From positions 1,674,001-1,738,000 of the forward strand of contig CM114271.1 in assembly GCA_050084515.1 (NCBI GenBank): a stretch of 64,000 bases of DNA, given 5' to 3'. This document shows, in pieces, positions 12,655 through 24,279 of the stretch (the stretch's first letter is position 1; every line of letters starts with the position of its first letter). The notes under the pieces were generated by a model. It was not told the DNA's origin. It made no database searches and saw nothing but the letters and a program-made list of their open reading frames with translations. A program made the translations under genes and the position numbers. Origin of the DNA: Blasia pusilla (Eukaryota).

Positions 12655-15600
12655 ATGGCGGACTATTTTGATGAAGAGGAACACGTTGAGTTGGAGGATC
12701 ACCAGAAGGTGGCGCTGGCAAAGTGGTTTCTTCTGAACGCACCTTCGGGGGAAATGCAGCAAGTTGCCAAAGGTATTGTGAGCAGTTTCCTTGTTTCTTT
12801 CTCCTTCCGAGCTTGAATGGATATATCTCGTTTGTCAGCATCGAGCCATCCTGATTCTTGACTATGCAACTTAGACCCGATTCCTTATGTTTTTCCCGGC
12901 TATCATCAGAGCCTCTCATGTTTATCGTTAGGCTCCGTGCCTTGTGTTTCCCTCGACGCCGTATCGGAGAGCGCATGGCATTACAGGAATCGGTGACGTC
13001 ATTAGATCCTGGACGATACGGTGTAGTAATTATTTCCAGAAATGGCGGAGAGTGGGTTCTGTTCAAATATTCATGTTCTGCTCGAGTATCACACCTCCAA
13101 TTTGTGCTCGCTCCGTCTGCGAATGGTATCAACGCGTCAAGTCCTCTGCGCGTGAATTACGGTTTTGGAGTTGGTCAGCACATGGATCTCGATAGAAAAC
13201 TGTGAAGATTTCTCTATTCTCGCTGCAGTACTACGCTCAAACGTCTTCGTTTCGACTTAGATTTCGAAATGAAGCCCTAGCAAGTACGGCGAAAGCTGCC
13301 ACCGGGGTCTTCGTTTGACATCCGCGGTTTGTCCTGGAAGCTAGACGATTTCCATGCTCACAATCCTTTCCTGTAGAGAGAAGGCGGCGGCTGTCGGATG
13401 TACAGCATTCTGATCTTCCATCACTTGAAAGGTATGATTCTGTAGAGTTCAGGCTTGCGTTTCTCGGTGCGTGACTAAGTGGAACCTTCTCGGTACGTGT
13501 ACGTCGACCACCTTTTTTCGCAGTACCAAGACCTGTGAGCGGCTGATGGCTCAGCTCAGGCTTACATCTTGAAATCAATGAGACAGCCAAATTGAGATCT
13601 TAGGAGAGAATGGCAAGAGTGTTCATTCAAATAATATCATCGTGGATTTTTGCGGTCATCATTTTTATGAGATGCCTGAATTTCTAGACCAAGTGTAATC
13701 CGTTGTTGTGTCTGAGTCTCAGATGTACGTGAGGTGTTGGCGAACGACCGAATTTTCGACCTAGCAGCGTCGGAAGCCTATCCGGAGTACAACTTGAAGG
13801 AGATGATTTCGTTGGAAATGCCCGATGGCAGTGGACAGGTGTGTAAATTCATCTCGTCACCAGTACAATGCGAATAAGATGAGTGGAGTTTCCTAGTGTC
13901 TGATTACAGTTGTTTTGTTCACATCATTTAGGAAGTTTCGTGTTTTTTTTTCACATTAAGTCCGTCTTATCTGCAAATTGATCAAGGTAAAAAATCTGCA
14001 ACTACGTGTTGTTCATAAACACGGAATGTAATAATCAGAATCTCAGAATGTAGCCACAAGCAGTATCAGATACAGAGTGTGGTGCACAAGCACTGAAGAT
14101 AATAATGAAAATCTCAGAATGCAGCTACTAGTGAGATTCAGGGTCTCCTGCCCAAAATCATTCAATACTCACATCTAAGTATTTGACTTTTTATACCTTA
14201 GAGGACTTCTACAAGAGCTATCCTCGTAAAAGGGTTTTGGTGCTGCAAATGTGTGTCTCTGGCCTTCTCATGGGAACTTCCCAGTCTGTCTTGGTGACGA
14301 GATCTGTGCATTTGAATGCTCAGAACTCAGTGAGTGAAGCCAACCTACCGAATGGGGACAAAATGCAAGGTTGCCATGTGACTTAGTCACAGGTGTGCGG
14401 AGTGGTATAGTAGGGGTGGCTTTCTGAGATTGTAATGTGCTGATTGGCAGGCAGCTGTGCTCCTGCAATGTGGTGACAGGTGCTTGTGAGTCGCTATGGA
14501 GAAATTGATTCCAATCAATATCTGGATCCGCGGACAGCTCAAGTCACAACAGTGGACCACGTCAAGCAGGCAAGTTAGTTTCTTCTATGATATGCAACAA
14601 ATACAACTTGTGGGGGTTTATTAGATGTCTAGTTGAAATCTCATGTTGTGGATGAGAAAATGTGCATTCCCAAAGCACTGATACTCCAAAGTCCAATTGG
14701 TCTTGTCATTACAGGTCGCAAAGTCAGTCCGGCCAGCATCAGATGATGAGCTACCATCAGCTTATGTGGATCAGTATCGGTCAGTAGTTCACTTCAAGCA
14801 ACATTTTAAACTGTGATGAAGAAGTGAGATTTGGAAGGATTCAAACAGTATGAATTAATTTGCCAAGAATAATTGAATTATGATTTCAAACGTCTGCTGG
14901 AATGTGGTGTGGGATTGGAGTCTCGAGTTCTCAACTCGAGGGAATTCTTAGTTCAGGTGCTATTTACTGAAGGTATTTGAGGTTCTGATTTTTTTCTCCC
15001 GTGGACTGTCAGAGCTGCTGTGGATGCTGAACTTGTCAAATATGTTGAGGAAGCATATCCTAAAGGCAGTTCTGCTGTGTACTGTACTCGTGGTAAAGAT
15101 GCCCAGTCGGATGCTGAAGATTTTGAGTTGACTGTGGTGATATCAACGGCTAACTTCAGCCCAAAGAATTTCCGGTGACTGGAACTCTCAATCTCTCTAA
15201 GTCTCCCAAGTCCCCAAACTCTTCTGTCCCCTTGTGGACTATCAATTTCTGTAATCCCAAATAAACTTGATTTCTTTCATCATGATGCATTGGTCTTCTC
15301 CTGCAAGGTGCTGAATTAATCTTTCAGACAGTTGATTATGAGATCCACAGAGGAGAGTTTGTTTTCTTGCGTTCAAGGGCATTTAACTGTAGGAAGGAGG
15401 ATCCTTCCAATCTTATGGTTGTCTGTCTCAATGTTTATCTAGCAATGTTGGTCTCAAATAGTGGTAAGATAGTTTGACTAATCCTTAACCCCCATGGCTT
15501 AATGGAATACAGCGGCGGACGCTGGCGATCCTTGTGGAAAATTGAAATCAATGGCAATGATGGTATAGTGGAAATGAGAGGGCAGTTACAGGTTAGTTTG

Positions 15601-17232
15601 GATATGGATTGCCGTGGATAAGAACTCTCCCGTGGATAAACGTTCTCTACAATCGTGATAGCATGATTGCCTTTTTGAGTCCCCTATCACTTTTGATAAG
15701 TCAACCTGTCACCAAGCCAGTCATTTCCATTGACTCAGCTTTGTAAGACTTTGATTTGAAAGCATACTAATTTCTAATTTACTTATTGGTTTCTTATGTA
15801 GGTGAATGCACACTATTTTGAAGAAGGCAATGTTCAGCTGACTACCAGTTATGAGTGCCCAGACTCGACAATATTGCAGGTAACGTTCCTGCCGCTGAAG
15901 CTCGTAGAAAAGAATATGATATCCAGAGTCACTGTTATTTATTTACTGCTTTTGCTGGCTCTGGAGCCTTAGGCTCTGTATCTTGGAAGATAGAAAGTGT
16001 GAAAATGAAGACATCATCATTCCATCTTTAGACATATTCGTGGTGATGTAACTGTGAATAGCACTGAGTAGAGAATTTTCAGATTATGACATCTTTGCGT
16101 GAAATTTTAATTTGTAGGAAATGTAGAATGTCAGCAGACTTGTGGGAAAAACAAAGTTTTGTATGACTGGCTTCGTCTGGTCCTATCCTTGACTAAGAAA
16201 TTTCTTAAGGTTGTTTTTGCTCACAAAACCCGTGGTTTTCAATGGCTTTTATTTGTTCTAGGATGTAATTGGGACTGGAGTCTCCATTGTTACTGCAATC
16301 CGACATCAAGAATCTGAATATTTATCAGCTTTGGAGGTAATTATGTTATAGATCACTATAACTAGACAACACCTAGCAAACTTCCTTTTAATGCAGGGTG
16401 CTGACATTGGGATGTGTGGTGCATAGTTCCTAGTGTTTGTTCTTCTCTGCCTTTAAGGAAGCAGAGTAGTGTTAATAATGCTTCAGTTCAATTATTTATA
16501 GATTATGGTTCTCAGAAACTAGCTTTGCTACCTCTCTTACTGTCCAGCTGATGTGAATTATACTGTGGAAGCCTTGTAACCTTTGTCACTGAATAAGTGG
16601 ATCTGGCGTTTGGCAGGAAAAGTATGCCAATCTTTCAGACACGACTTTCAAGGTACTTAAACACCGTTGAAAATCTGTATCTTCACAGTTCTGACTAAAC
16701 ATCTTCATTGCATGATATGCGTCCTATGGCAGGCTTGGGGTCTTGAACCATGAGTTGGAACTTAGCATGTGAAACACTATGTGCTGTCCTTATCTTCTTA
16801 AATATTGATGAACATTTTAGAAGCGGCAATACTTAGTCCGTCGGGTCTTCACGGGCAATGGAAAGTTGTCCACCCAATCACTGTCAAACATTTTCACTAT
16901 CTGGAAGGAGACTTCTGCTGTTTGGTTCTGGCAGTTTGAATTTTTGTTTTATTACATAAAATTCCAAACCTTCTTCCATCTGTCCTATTCAATTTTTTGC
17001 AGCTTCACTTGAAGTTAGTGACTTCTTCTTGTTATATCTCGGTTCAATACTTAACTAATGTCTTTATCTGTGTTCTCCAATCTCGTCATTATAATGTTCA
17101 CATGGATAACTGCAGGAGTTACGGAGAAAACTTCCCATCACACGAACTCAGTTTGCATGGGACAAAGCTTTACAACTAAGCCTTTCCAGACAGGCAGCAA
17201 AGCAAATTTCTGTCCGCAGGCAAGTACATTAA
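12655..17232 (+). CDS. CPA: F-actin capping protein subunit alpha, 10 coding exons, 311 aa
   Basis: Exons 12655-12772, 13723-13838, 14480-14569, 14715-14779, 15013-15174, 15513-15591, 15802-15879, 16262-16336, 16617-16652 and 17116-17232 splice in frame (936 nt). Translation includes MADYFDEEEHVELEDHQKVALAKWFLLNAPSGEMQQVAKDVREVL...YLDPRTAQ...SPKNFRGGRWRSLW...AHYFEEGNVQL...LSDTTFKELRRKLPITRTQFAW, which contains the hallmark CapZ-alpha motifs. All introns are GT-AG except intron 3 (GC-AG). Confidence 0.96.
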
Positions 17233-20200
17233 ATCACTTTAATAGCTCTGGCTACTAATTATCAACTTGCTCATATCCAGAGCTGTATTATGCGTAGAAT
17301 TGTGAACAAGTGCATGAAATACTTGCATGTGGTGAGCAAAGAGAGGTTTTGTGTTCCCTGCCTGTAAGGGTCATGGTTAAGCTCGCAACCACAGTTGTGG
17401 TTGTCTTAGGAGCCTCCCCTCCTGAATGGGTAGGAGTCCTAGATATCCAATAAGCACACATGGAGATGTCTTTTGTTGGATTTGTCTCTGCGAGTTGTGG
17501 ATGGCAGAAATCCTGTTGCCCAAGGCCAAGATACTGTCTTACGCAGCAATGGGGTTCCACTTCCATCACAAGTACAAAGGATCAAACAAGCTTGCACAAT
17601 CCAACGTTATCGCACTTGACATCACAGCCACAGCATCCCCATCCACCCTTACTTTCCTTCAAAATGTTCATCACATAGTTCCATAAGCGGGAGCTTCACT
17701 ATTCTACTGTCCAATAGATCTGGACAAGATGTAATCCTGTGCTTCTGAATATGTAGACTGTTTGGAACATAAGTCTAGTTTATCCGAGATTGTTTCAAAT
17801 TAAGTGAGCCTTCAGTGTGAAAGCTATTGGCAATAAAAGTTTCAGCCTGTGTTTCTCCAGATTGTTGTTAAGATGACGTCCTCACTTTCAAATACTATCT
17901 TTCTGCCGTGGTATCATCTTGCACAAAGCACATCTCTAAAGGATCAATTCAGGAGTTGTGGAAATATTTCAATATGTAAATGATATATTCCACAACGATG
18001 GGACAGGTTGAGAACTATGTTAGTTCTTGGCTTTCTTCTTCCACCCAGTCCCTGTGATGGTAGTGTAATCTTTTACCATGTTTACAACTACAGTTTGTGA
18101 CCAAGGTTACTTAAGGTTTGTGATTAAGATTACTTGGAGTTGTTACCTCTTTGTTGTGGTATGTTACTTGTGGTATAGTTGGCTGAGTAGCATTTCTTAA
18201 AACAGTCTAGTTGTTGCTTTACCTTTGCTTACCCTATAACTGTATCTCCCTTATGTTGACACAAAATTCTTGTTGATAATAGAAATATTATATTCAAAGG
18301 TTGAGTGTGTGTGCAGCTGAAGAAACTTGAGTTTCTAAGGGGTTGCTTTCCTTCTGATTAGATGGAGAATTAGTAGCTGTTTCACTCTCTCAGCCTGTAG
18401 ATTTAATCATAAATGAGCTGCCCACTGTTGGCTGTGTTTCTCCATGGCTGCTAACATTCATCTGCATCTTGCATCTCTGTAACATTAGCCCGGAGAGAAT
18501 TTACACCTGAACGGGTTTTGCGCAAGAAGAAGCTGCTCTCACAACAATCAAAGATTGAGATGTGACGTTATGAAGCTGCTGATACTCGAGATGTGAGATT
18601 TAAAGGATTGTAAAGCTCAAGGGGTTTGGCTATCTGGATGGGCTAGGCTTGGAGAATGCTATGAATCAAGGTGGTTCTCATTTTTTCAGAGGACTTTCCC
18701 ACATCTCTTTTCTTGACTGGGTTCATGACTCCATTTTCCCACGACTGATGACAGCTAGTAGGTTATGGTATATTAGATGCAGTTGTACTGAATTTACTAC
18801 TTATTTTCCTGTCTTCCCGGGCTCTGAAGAGGAAATTTTCTTGTTTTCATTTCCTTCTTAAATGAGGAAATGAAAACTTCACAAAGGTAGCTAAATGCAA
18901 TTCTAGTTTCTTGCATTCTGCGATGCATCCAGGAGCTCAAGCGCTGAGAATAACAGTAAACCAGAGATAATATCATGTCCATGCGTAGAGGAATGCAAAA
19001 GAAAGGACTGCACTGTAATTGGAGGAGGCACAGGAAAAGAGAGGTCTGATCACTTCACAGTATATCTCTTTCCATCACAATCGCGTGCCAGGTTACTCTG
19101 TCTTGGCTCATCAGTCAGGCAGTAGTTAACAGCTTCTTGCTATGCAGAATATGGCTGTAAGCATTATCATAGGGGAAGGCTTACTTGTTTTCCTTTCTAG
19201 ATATGCACAGGAATGTAGGGTGGATGTTGCATCTGCAGATATTGTAAAGTCCCAAGTTGTGACGACTGGTAGCTTAAAGTCAATGGATGAGAGCTCTAGT
19301 CAATCTTTTCTTCCATCAAGAAGGTGTCTCATAGGAGATATTTAAATGTATCAACACTCTTTAATGTCTCCAAGGAAGTAATTGAAATATATGACGCTAT
19401 TCTCGTATCTCCAAGGAATTCATTATTCTCTTTCAGGAGATGTACTGTCTAATCAAGTGACGGTTTGCTCAATTTAAAAAGAAATTTGGTTACTACTGTC
19501 TGTCTGAGGTGCAGTGAAAGGGTGTTTGTGGAACTAATTTAGCACTACGGAATGAGGGTAGGGATGTCTCTAGTGTACCCCAGCTTTTTGGCAAGCTTAG
19601 GGTTTAGGGTGGAATTCTTCCTGGAGATACATCAGAATCCTGTTGGGTGAGGAATGAATGTGTGGAAGGAGGGTAAAATATGGTTCAAAGTAGGAACTAA
19701 CAATTATCATGCTTGTAAAATGTAAGGAACGTGCAACTAAGAAGACTTGGCATCTTGCTCTGGTAAAGACTACTGATTCTGGAACGAAGGTGGAATTGTC
19801 AACCTGGTTAGAAATACCCGTATGGGGTCAAGTAATTACCAACAACTAAGAGTGTAGAGTCTACAAAGTTGACATAGTCATGAATTGGTTCTATGTTGTG
19901 CTTGTTGAATTTGTGGTACATCATCTGAATGTCCAAATTGGGCCCCAATAGTCTCTAGAGTCCATTCCGATTGTGATGTATTGGGGCTAGAGTATTATGA
20001 GTCCATATGATTATTACCAGCTCTTCCAAAGAAGAGGTGTGATTGATTTCAAAGGAAGGATTATATTATTTTAAAGGTTTGTCCAAGTATTGGATAATGT
20101 GAGGTTGCACTTTGTATTTTGTGATACGAAACGGGTAAGTTTCCATTACAATTTTATTGGTATCGCGAATGCACGAAAACCAGTATGCGTTTCTGGTTTT

Positions 20201-21392
20201 GGGTTTAGGTAAAATATTAACATGGTACTAACACGACAGGAGAAAGTCGTGTTTGGAGGGCAGTAACATGCAACAAGGAAGAAAGAAAAGAAAATTGCTA
20301 ATACTCGAAACGTTAAAAGCTTTAACACGGGGAGTAATCAGGTCCATCCAAAAATGGAGTAGTTCACATCGACAGAAAAAACTTGCATTTTGCAGCCTTT
20401 GCACTCTGAATTGATTGGTCCTAATCATAGAATTTTTGTAAGAGCAGTAGGCATGCGAAGCCTAGTAGGTCGTGGCGTTGGAGGAAACAAGAAACCATTT
20501 ATCTTGTAAGATGGTGCGGGCGATATTGTATACTAAAATGTCCAAATTTAAGTTTGGTAGAGTACTACAATGAGTGAAGATTGGAAATCTTGATGAAAAA
20601 TAAATAGATTTGATAAACTCTTGTAAGTGAAATTTGGAATCGCATGAAAAGTATTGATTTGATAATCTCTTTATTGAGGAACGCTGTCTCATTGTGGAGA
20701 TTTATGAACTAGTTTGTGGTGGATTTTGAATTTACCATTTTCAATTGAAATTCTCATTCTATTTCTCTCGCGATAACTCTTAGGTCTATGGACATAAGGC
20801 TACTAAGGTACCCCTTACTGAGCAAGTTTCTTGAAAGTTTATCGTAAGGGTCTCCTTGCAAGTCATGATAAAAAGTGATCTTCCAGATAGAGTTATAAAA
20901 CCAAGCCTAAAATTCCCAAAGAAGAACCATTTGCAGGGTTTATCTTTGTACATTACAAGAGTGGAAATTTGAGAGGATGTGATACAATTTGAACTATTTA
21001 AGGAAAAAATGGAGAAAGAATGTAGACATTCATTCTCAGCAAAGAAGTTCCGTTTTAAAGGTTTGAAAAATTAAGAATCTAGAGAAGAGCATGCAAGAAA
21101 AATGCCTAATAAAAAAATATCATCTAAAAACTTGTAACTTCTAGACTAAAAACTACCTAATATTGATCAAAAGGGATTTTTAAATATAAATCCCTACTTA
21201 TAAATATTAGGGATTTATATTTAAAAATCCCTAATACTGATCGGTAGGGTTGACATGTTTTAAAATTTTAAAATTTAAGACTACATTGCAAATTCCTCTA
21301 AGTAGTGTCCAAAAACTCTTAATAATTAGAGAGTTAACAACCACATCTCATTGCACAAAACTATTTGTACAAATATAGAGAAAGGATCTAAT

Positions 21393-23640
21393 TTGTCACA
21401 TCTTATTTCGACCAAGGTAGAATTCTGTCGCGTCAACAACATAGAGTGTCAATGGGCTGTTCGGATGTAACTTTGTCCCGAGATGTTAGATGAGGTTGGC
21501 GACACGTCTGTTGTGTCGGGAACGTCATTTGTAGTGATTTCCCTATGTTGGTTTTAGTCCGTCACGCAAGTTACCGCTAGTAGGGCTATTTTTGGGGGAA
21601 GAGCTTTTTGGCTCTTCCCAAGGGTACAAGAGTGAGAGAAATGGCTTTCTCAAGCCATCTTTTTCATGTTGAGCCTTAGCAGCACCTCTCTTGCATAGAC
21701 GTGTATGGATGTGTAGGAGTTAGGGTGTTAGCGTCTAGATTCCCTCATAGCAGAGGGTGGATGTGGTTCGATATGCCGATATAGATTCATGAGTGGAGTT
21801 TTAGGCCGGATGAGCCATTTTTACTACTCTTGATTTTACATGAGAAAGATGCAAGGGGGCAGGGAATTCGTTGTTTGCAGGTAAAGTGAGTTGCCTCGGT
21901 GGGGAGCCCGTGGAGACGCTGGTTGGCGTTTGTATGGTTGTTTTTCACTTTAGAAGGTTGTGCGCGGAAGCACTATCCATTTTTTTTTGTAAATTTTGCT
22001 GGTGCGGGTTGACGAGGGACAGCAGTAGAGTGTAGCGTGACGTGTGGCGACGGGTGTTTGCGAGTGATTGGCAGGAAATAGAGGAAAAGAGTTGGAGTAG
22101 GTCTTGCAGCCGCAAGAGGGCTGTCAAGTAAATGGCGGCTTGGCTAGGTCATAGCCGCCTAGGTCGGCTAGAGTTAGGTCGCGTAGGTTAAGGTAGAGTT
22201 TTGGGTTTGAGCGGCTGGGCAAGGAGCGGAGAGAGTTGTTGTAGACTCAAACAGAAGTATCGGGCGCGTCAAGACCGAGTGAAGGCCGTAGACGCTAAAA
22301 GTTGAAAATTCGTGTGGAGGGGTATTGAAGCCAAGCTAACAAGGGCCACAAAGCGAAGGGGGACCAGGCCGAGGGGATTGCGGCCGCATAGGGAGGCGTG
22401 TTCGTCTGAAAAGCTAATGCAATTAGGAGGGTGCAATTTGATCAGGCTTCAAAGATGAGGGGCTTCCGCATAGGGCACCATGTCAGCACAGGCATATACG
22501 TAAGGTGCTATAGGGCTAGCAGGCAGTTAAGGAGGGCCAGATCGGGTTCGGAGTAGGAACATTGAGTAGTAAAAACCTGCAAGAGTTTCGGGGGGTAAGG
22601 AAGTCGAGAGTGGAAGGAAGCACCTACAGCTAGGAGGATCCAAGGGAGTCATCATGACTCCAAAGATGGAGGAACAGGCATGGGCAGGTGTGCCCGCATA
22701 GGTCCGCGTACCAAACGAGTAGAGACAAAGCTTGATCCGTGAAGGTGGGAGGTACGAAGAGGGAGTGAGCTCGAAAGGCAGTGCCCAAGGAGGTCGAAGT
22801 TGGGGCTTAGGGATGCATGATGGGATTATGCAAGACGTAGGGACAACCAAGGGTTGGCAGGAGAGAGGCGCCCTAGGCGCATAGGAGTATGTTTTGGGCC
22901 AAAGGTGCCATAAGGACAGCAAGGGCCACCCGCATAGGGCGGCGAGCCCACGTCGAGTGGATAGAAGTGCGGGTCGTTAGGGGAGAAGGCCCCCTTCTTT
23001 CTCCGCGGGGCCGATTCCGGCCTCTTGAGGTCTATTTTTTGGGTCTCCATGCCCCCTCTTTTGTATCGTGATGGGTTTCCCATCCTTTTTCTACATATAT
23101 ATATATAATATTTCTTTACTCATGAAGTCCGGGGCTGAAGTGGGCGGAGTAAAAGGGAGCTGGATGAGCTCCAAAGGTGCACGGAGTGGGAGTCATTATG
23201 ACTCCATAAGAAAGGAAGAGTCGGAAGTAAGAAGCATGGGTCGAAAAAAAGGAGGTGAGGGCCGGCCGTATAGGTATGCGAGCCAAAGGGTCCGTACGGG
23301 AGGTAAGTGAGAGAGAGAGGGCCGGGTAGGGCCGTGCACAAGGTGGCGTGCCCTAAGACGTGGATAAGGCGGGCTCCGAGTGTGCGCGAGCGCGAGGAGG
23401 CTAACGTGGGAGTAGAAGGCAGAAGGATCGAAGGGAGAGAGAAGAAGACCGGGGTCGGCGGGAGATAGGAATGAGGTGGCGAGAGCTAACGTGGTTGCTA
23501 CTAGGCCGACGTGGTTACGAGCTGACTAGGTTAGGCAATGGATGTGATTGGCTATGGATATGGTTGATTTGGGCAAAATGGTAGGAGAGATTTTTGCGAT
23601 TGGGAATTTTCGAGCAGGGATCGCCATGGAGCAAGGTAAG
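21393..23640. repeat. G-rich non-coding repeat, probably LTR/UTR of a retroelement; related sequence at the window start
   Basis: Starts TGTCAC. The segment at about 22865-22915 (gaggcgccctaggcgcataggagtatgttttgggccaaaggtgcc) resembles positions 1-50 (gaggcgccctacgtgcagagggatacgtgacgagccaaaggtgtc). No recognisable protein. Boundaries approximate. Confidence 0.35.
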
Positions 23641-24279
23641 ACCAAGTGGATATACTCAGTATATCCAAATAAACATTTTGTCACTATAGGCATTCATATA
23701 CTTGTGAAATAACAAGAATTTACACTCATCAAAATAGCCTCAAGTGCAGACAAACTATAGTACTTCTTCCAAAAAACTTCTAACTTATTGGGAAATGGTG
23801 ATTGGTTTTATCTTGTCTTTCAAATTTTTTTTTTGAAATTCTTAAGTTCTCATAGAGAGTATTATGAAAGTGATCGGATGCATGATACTTTTGTCATGAA
23901 ATCAATCACTCTGTCGTTATTTAGGGTAAAGTGGCCAGTTGCATGATCACAATGAGTCATGCAAAAAATCACTTTTGCTCGCAACATGCACCATAACAAT
24001 TGAATGTAATAGGTTGCATGACAATAGGCTTGTATTGTAAACAAATAATTTCCTTCTAACACTACTCTTGAAAGTGATCAATCGTATGACCACACACTAG
24101 ACCAAACAGATCATACGACCGATCTCTTTCAAGATTAGAGTAAGATGAAAAGTGATTGATTACAAGATAATCATGTGGTCTTGCGACAAAAAACTTTCAG
24201 TCATACAAATCACAACCAAAAGTGATTGGTCGTATGAATTCACAATGGTAATGCACACTCGATGCTATGGCAATCATCT

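Noticed and set aside
12082-13590. Several 100-226 aa ORFs on both strands
   Set aside because: Low-complexity by-products of the GA-rich 5' UTR and first intron of CPA.
15482-15489. TCCTTAAC U12-type branch-point motif near the 3' end of CPA intron 5
   Set aside because: The donor is GTGACT, not GTATCCTT/ATATCCTT, so it is not a U12 intron. At most a vestige or chance match.
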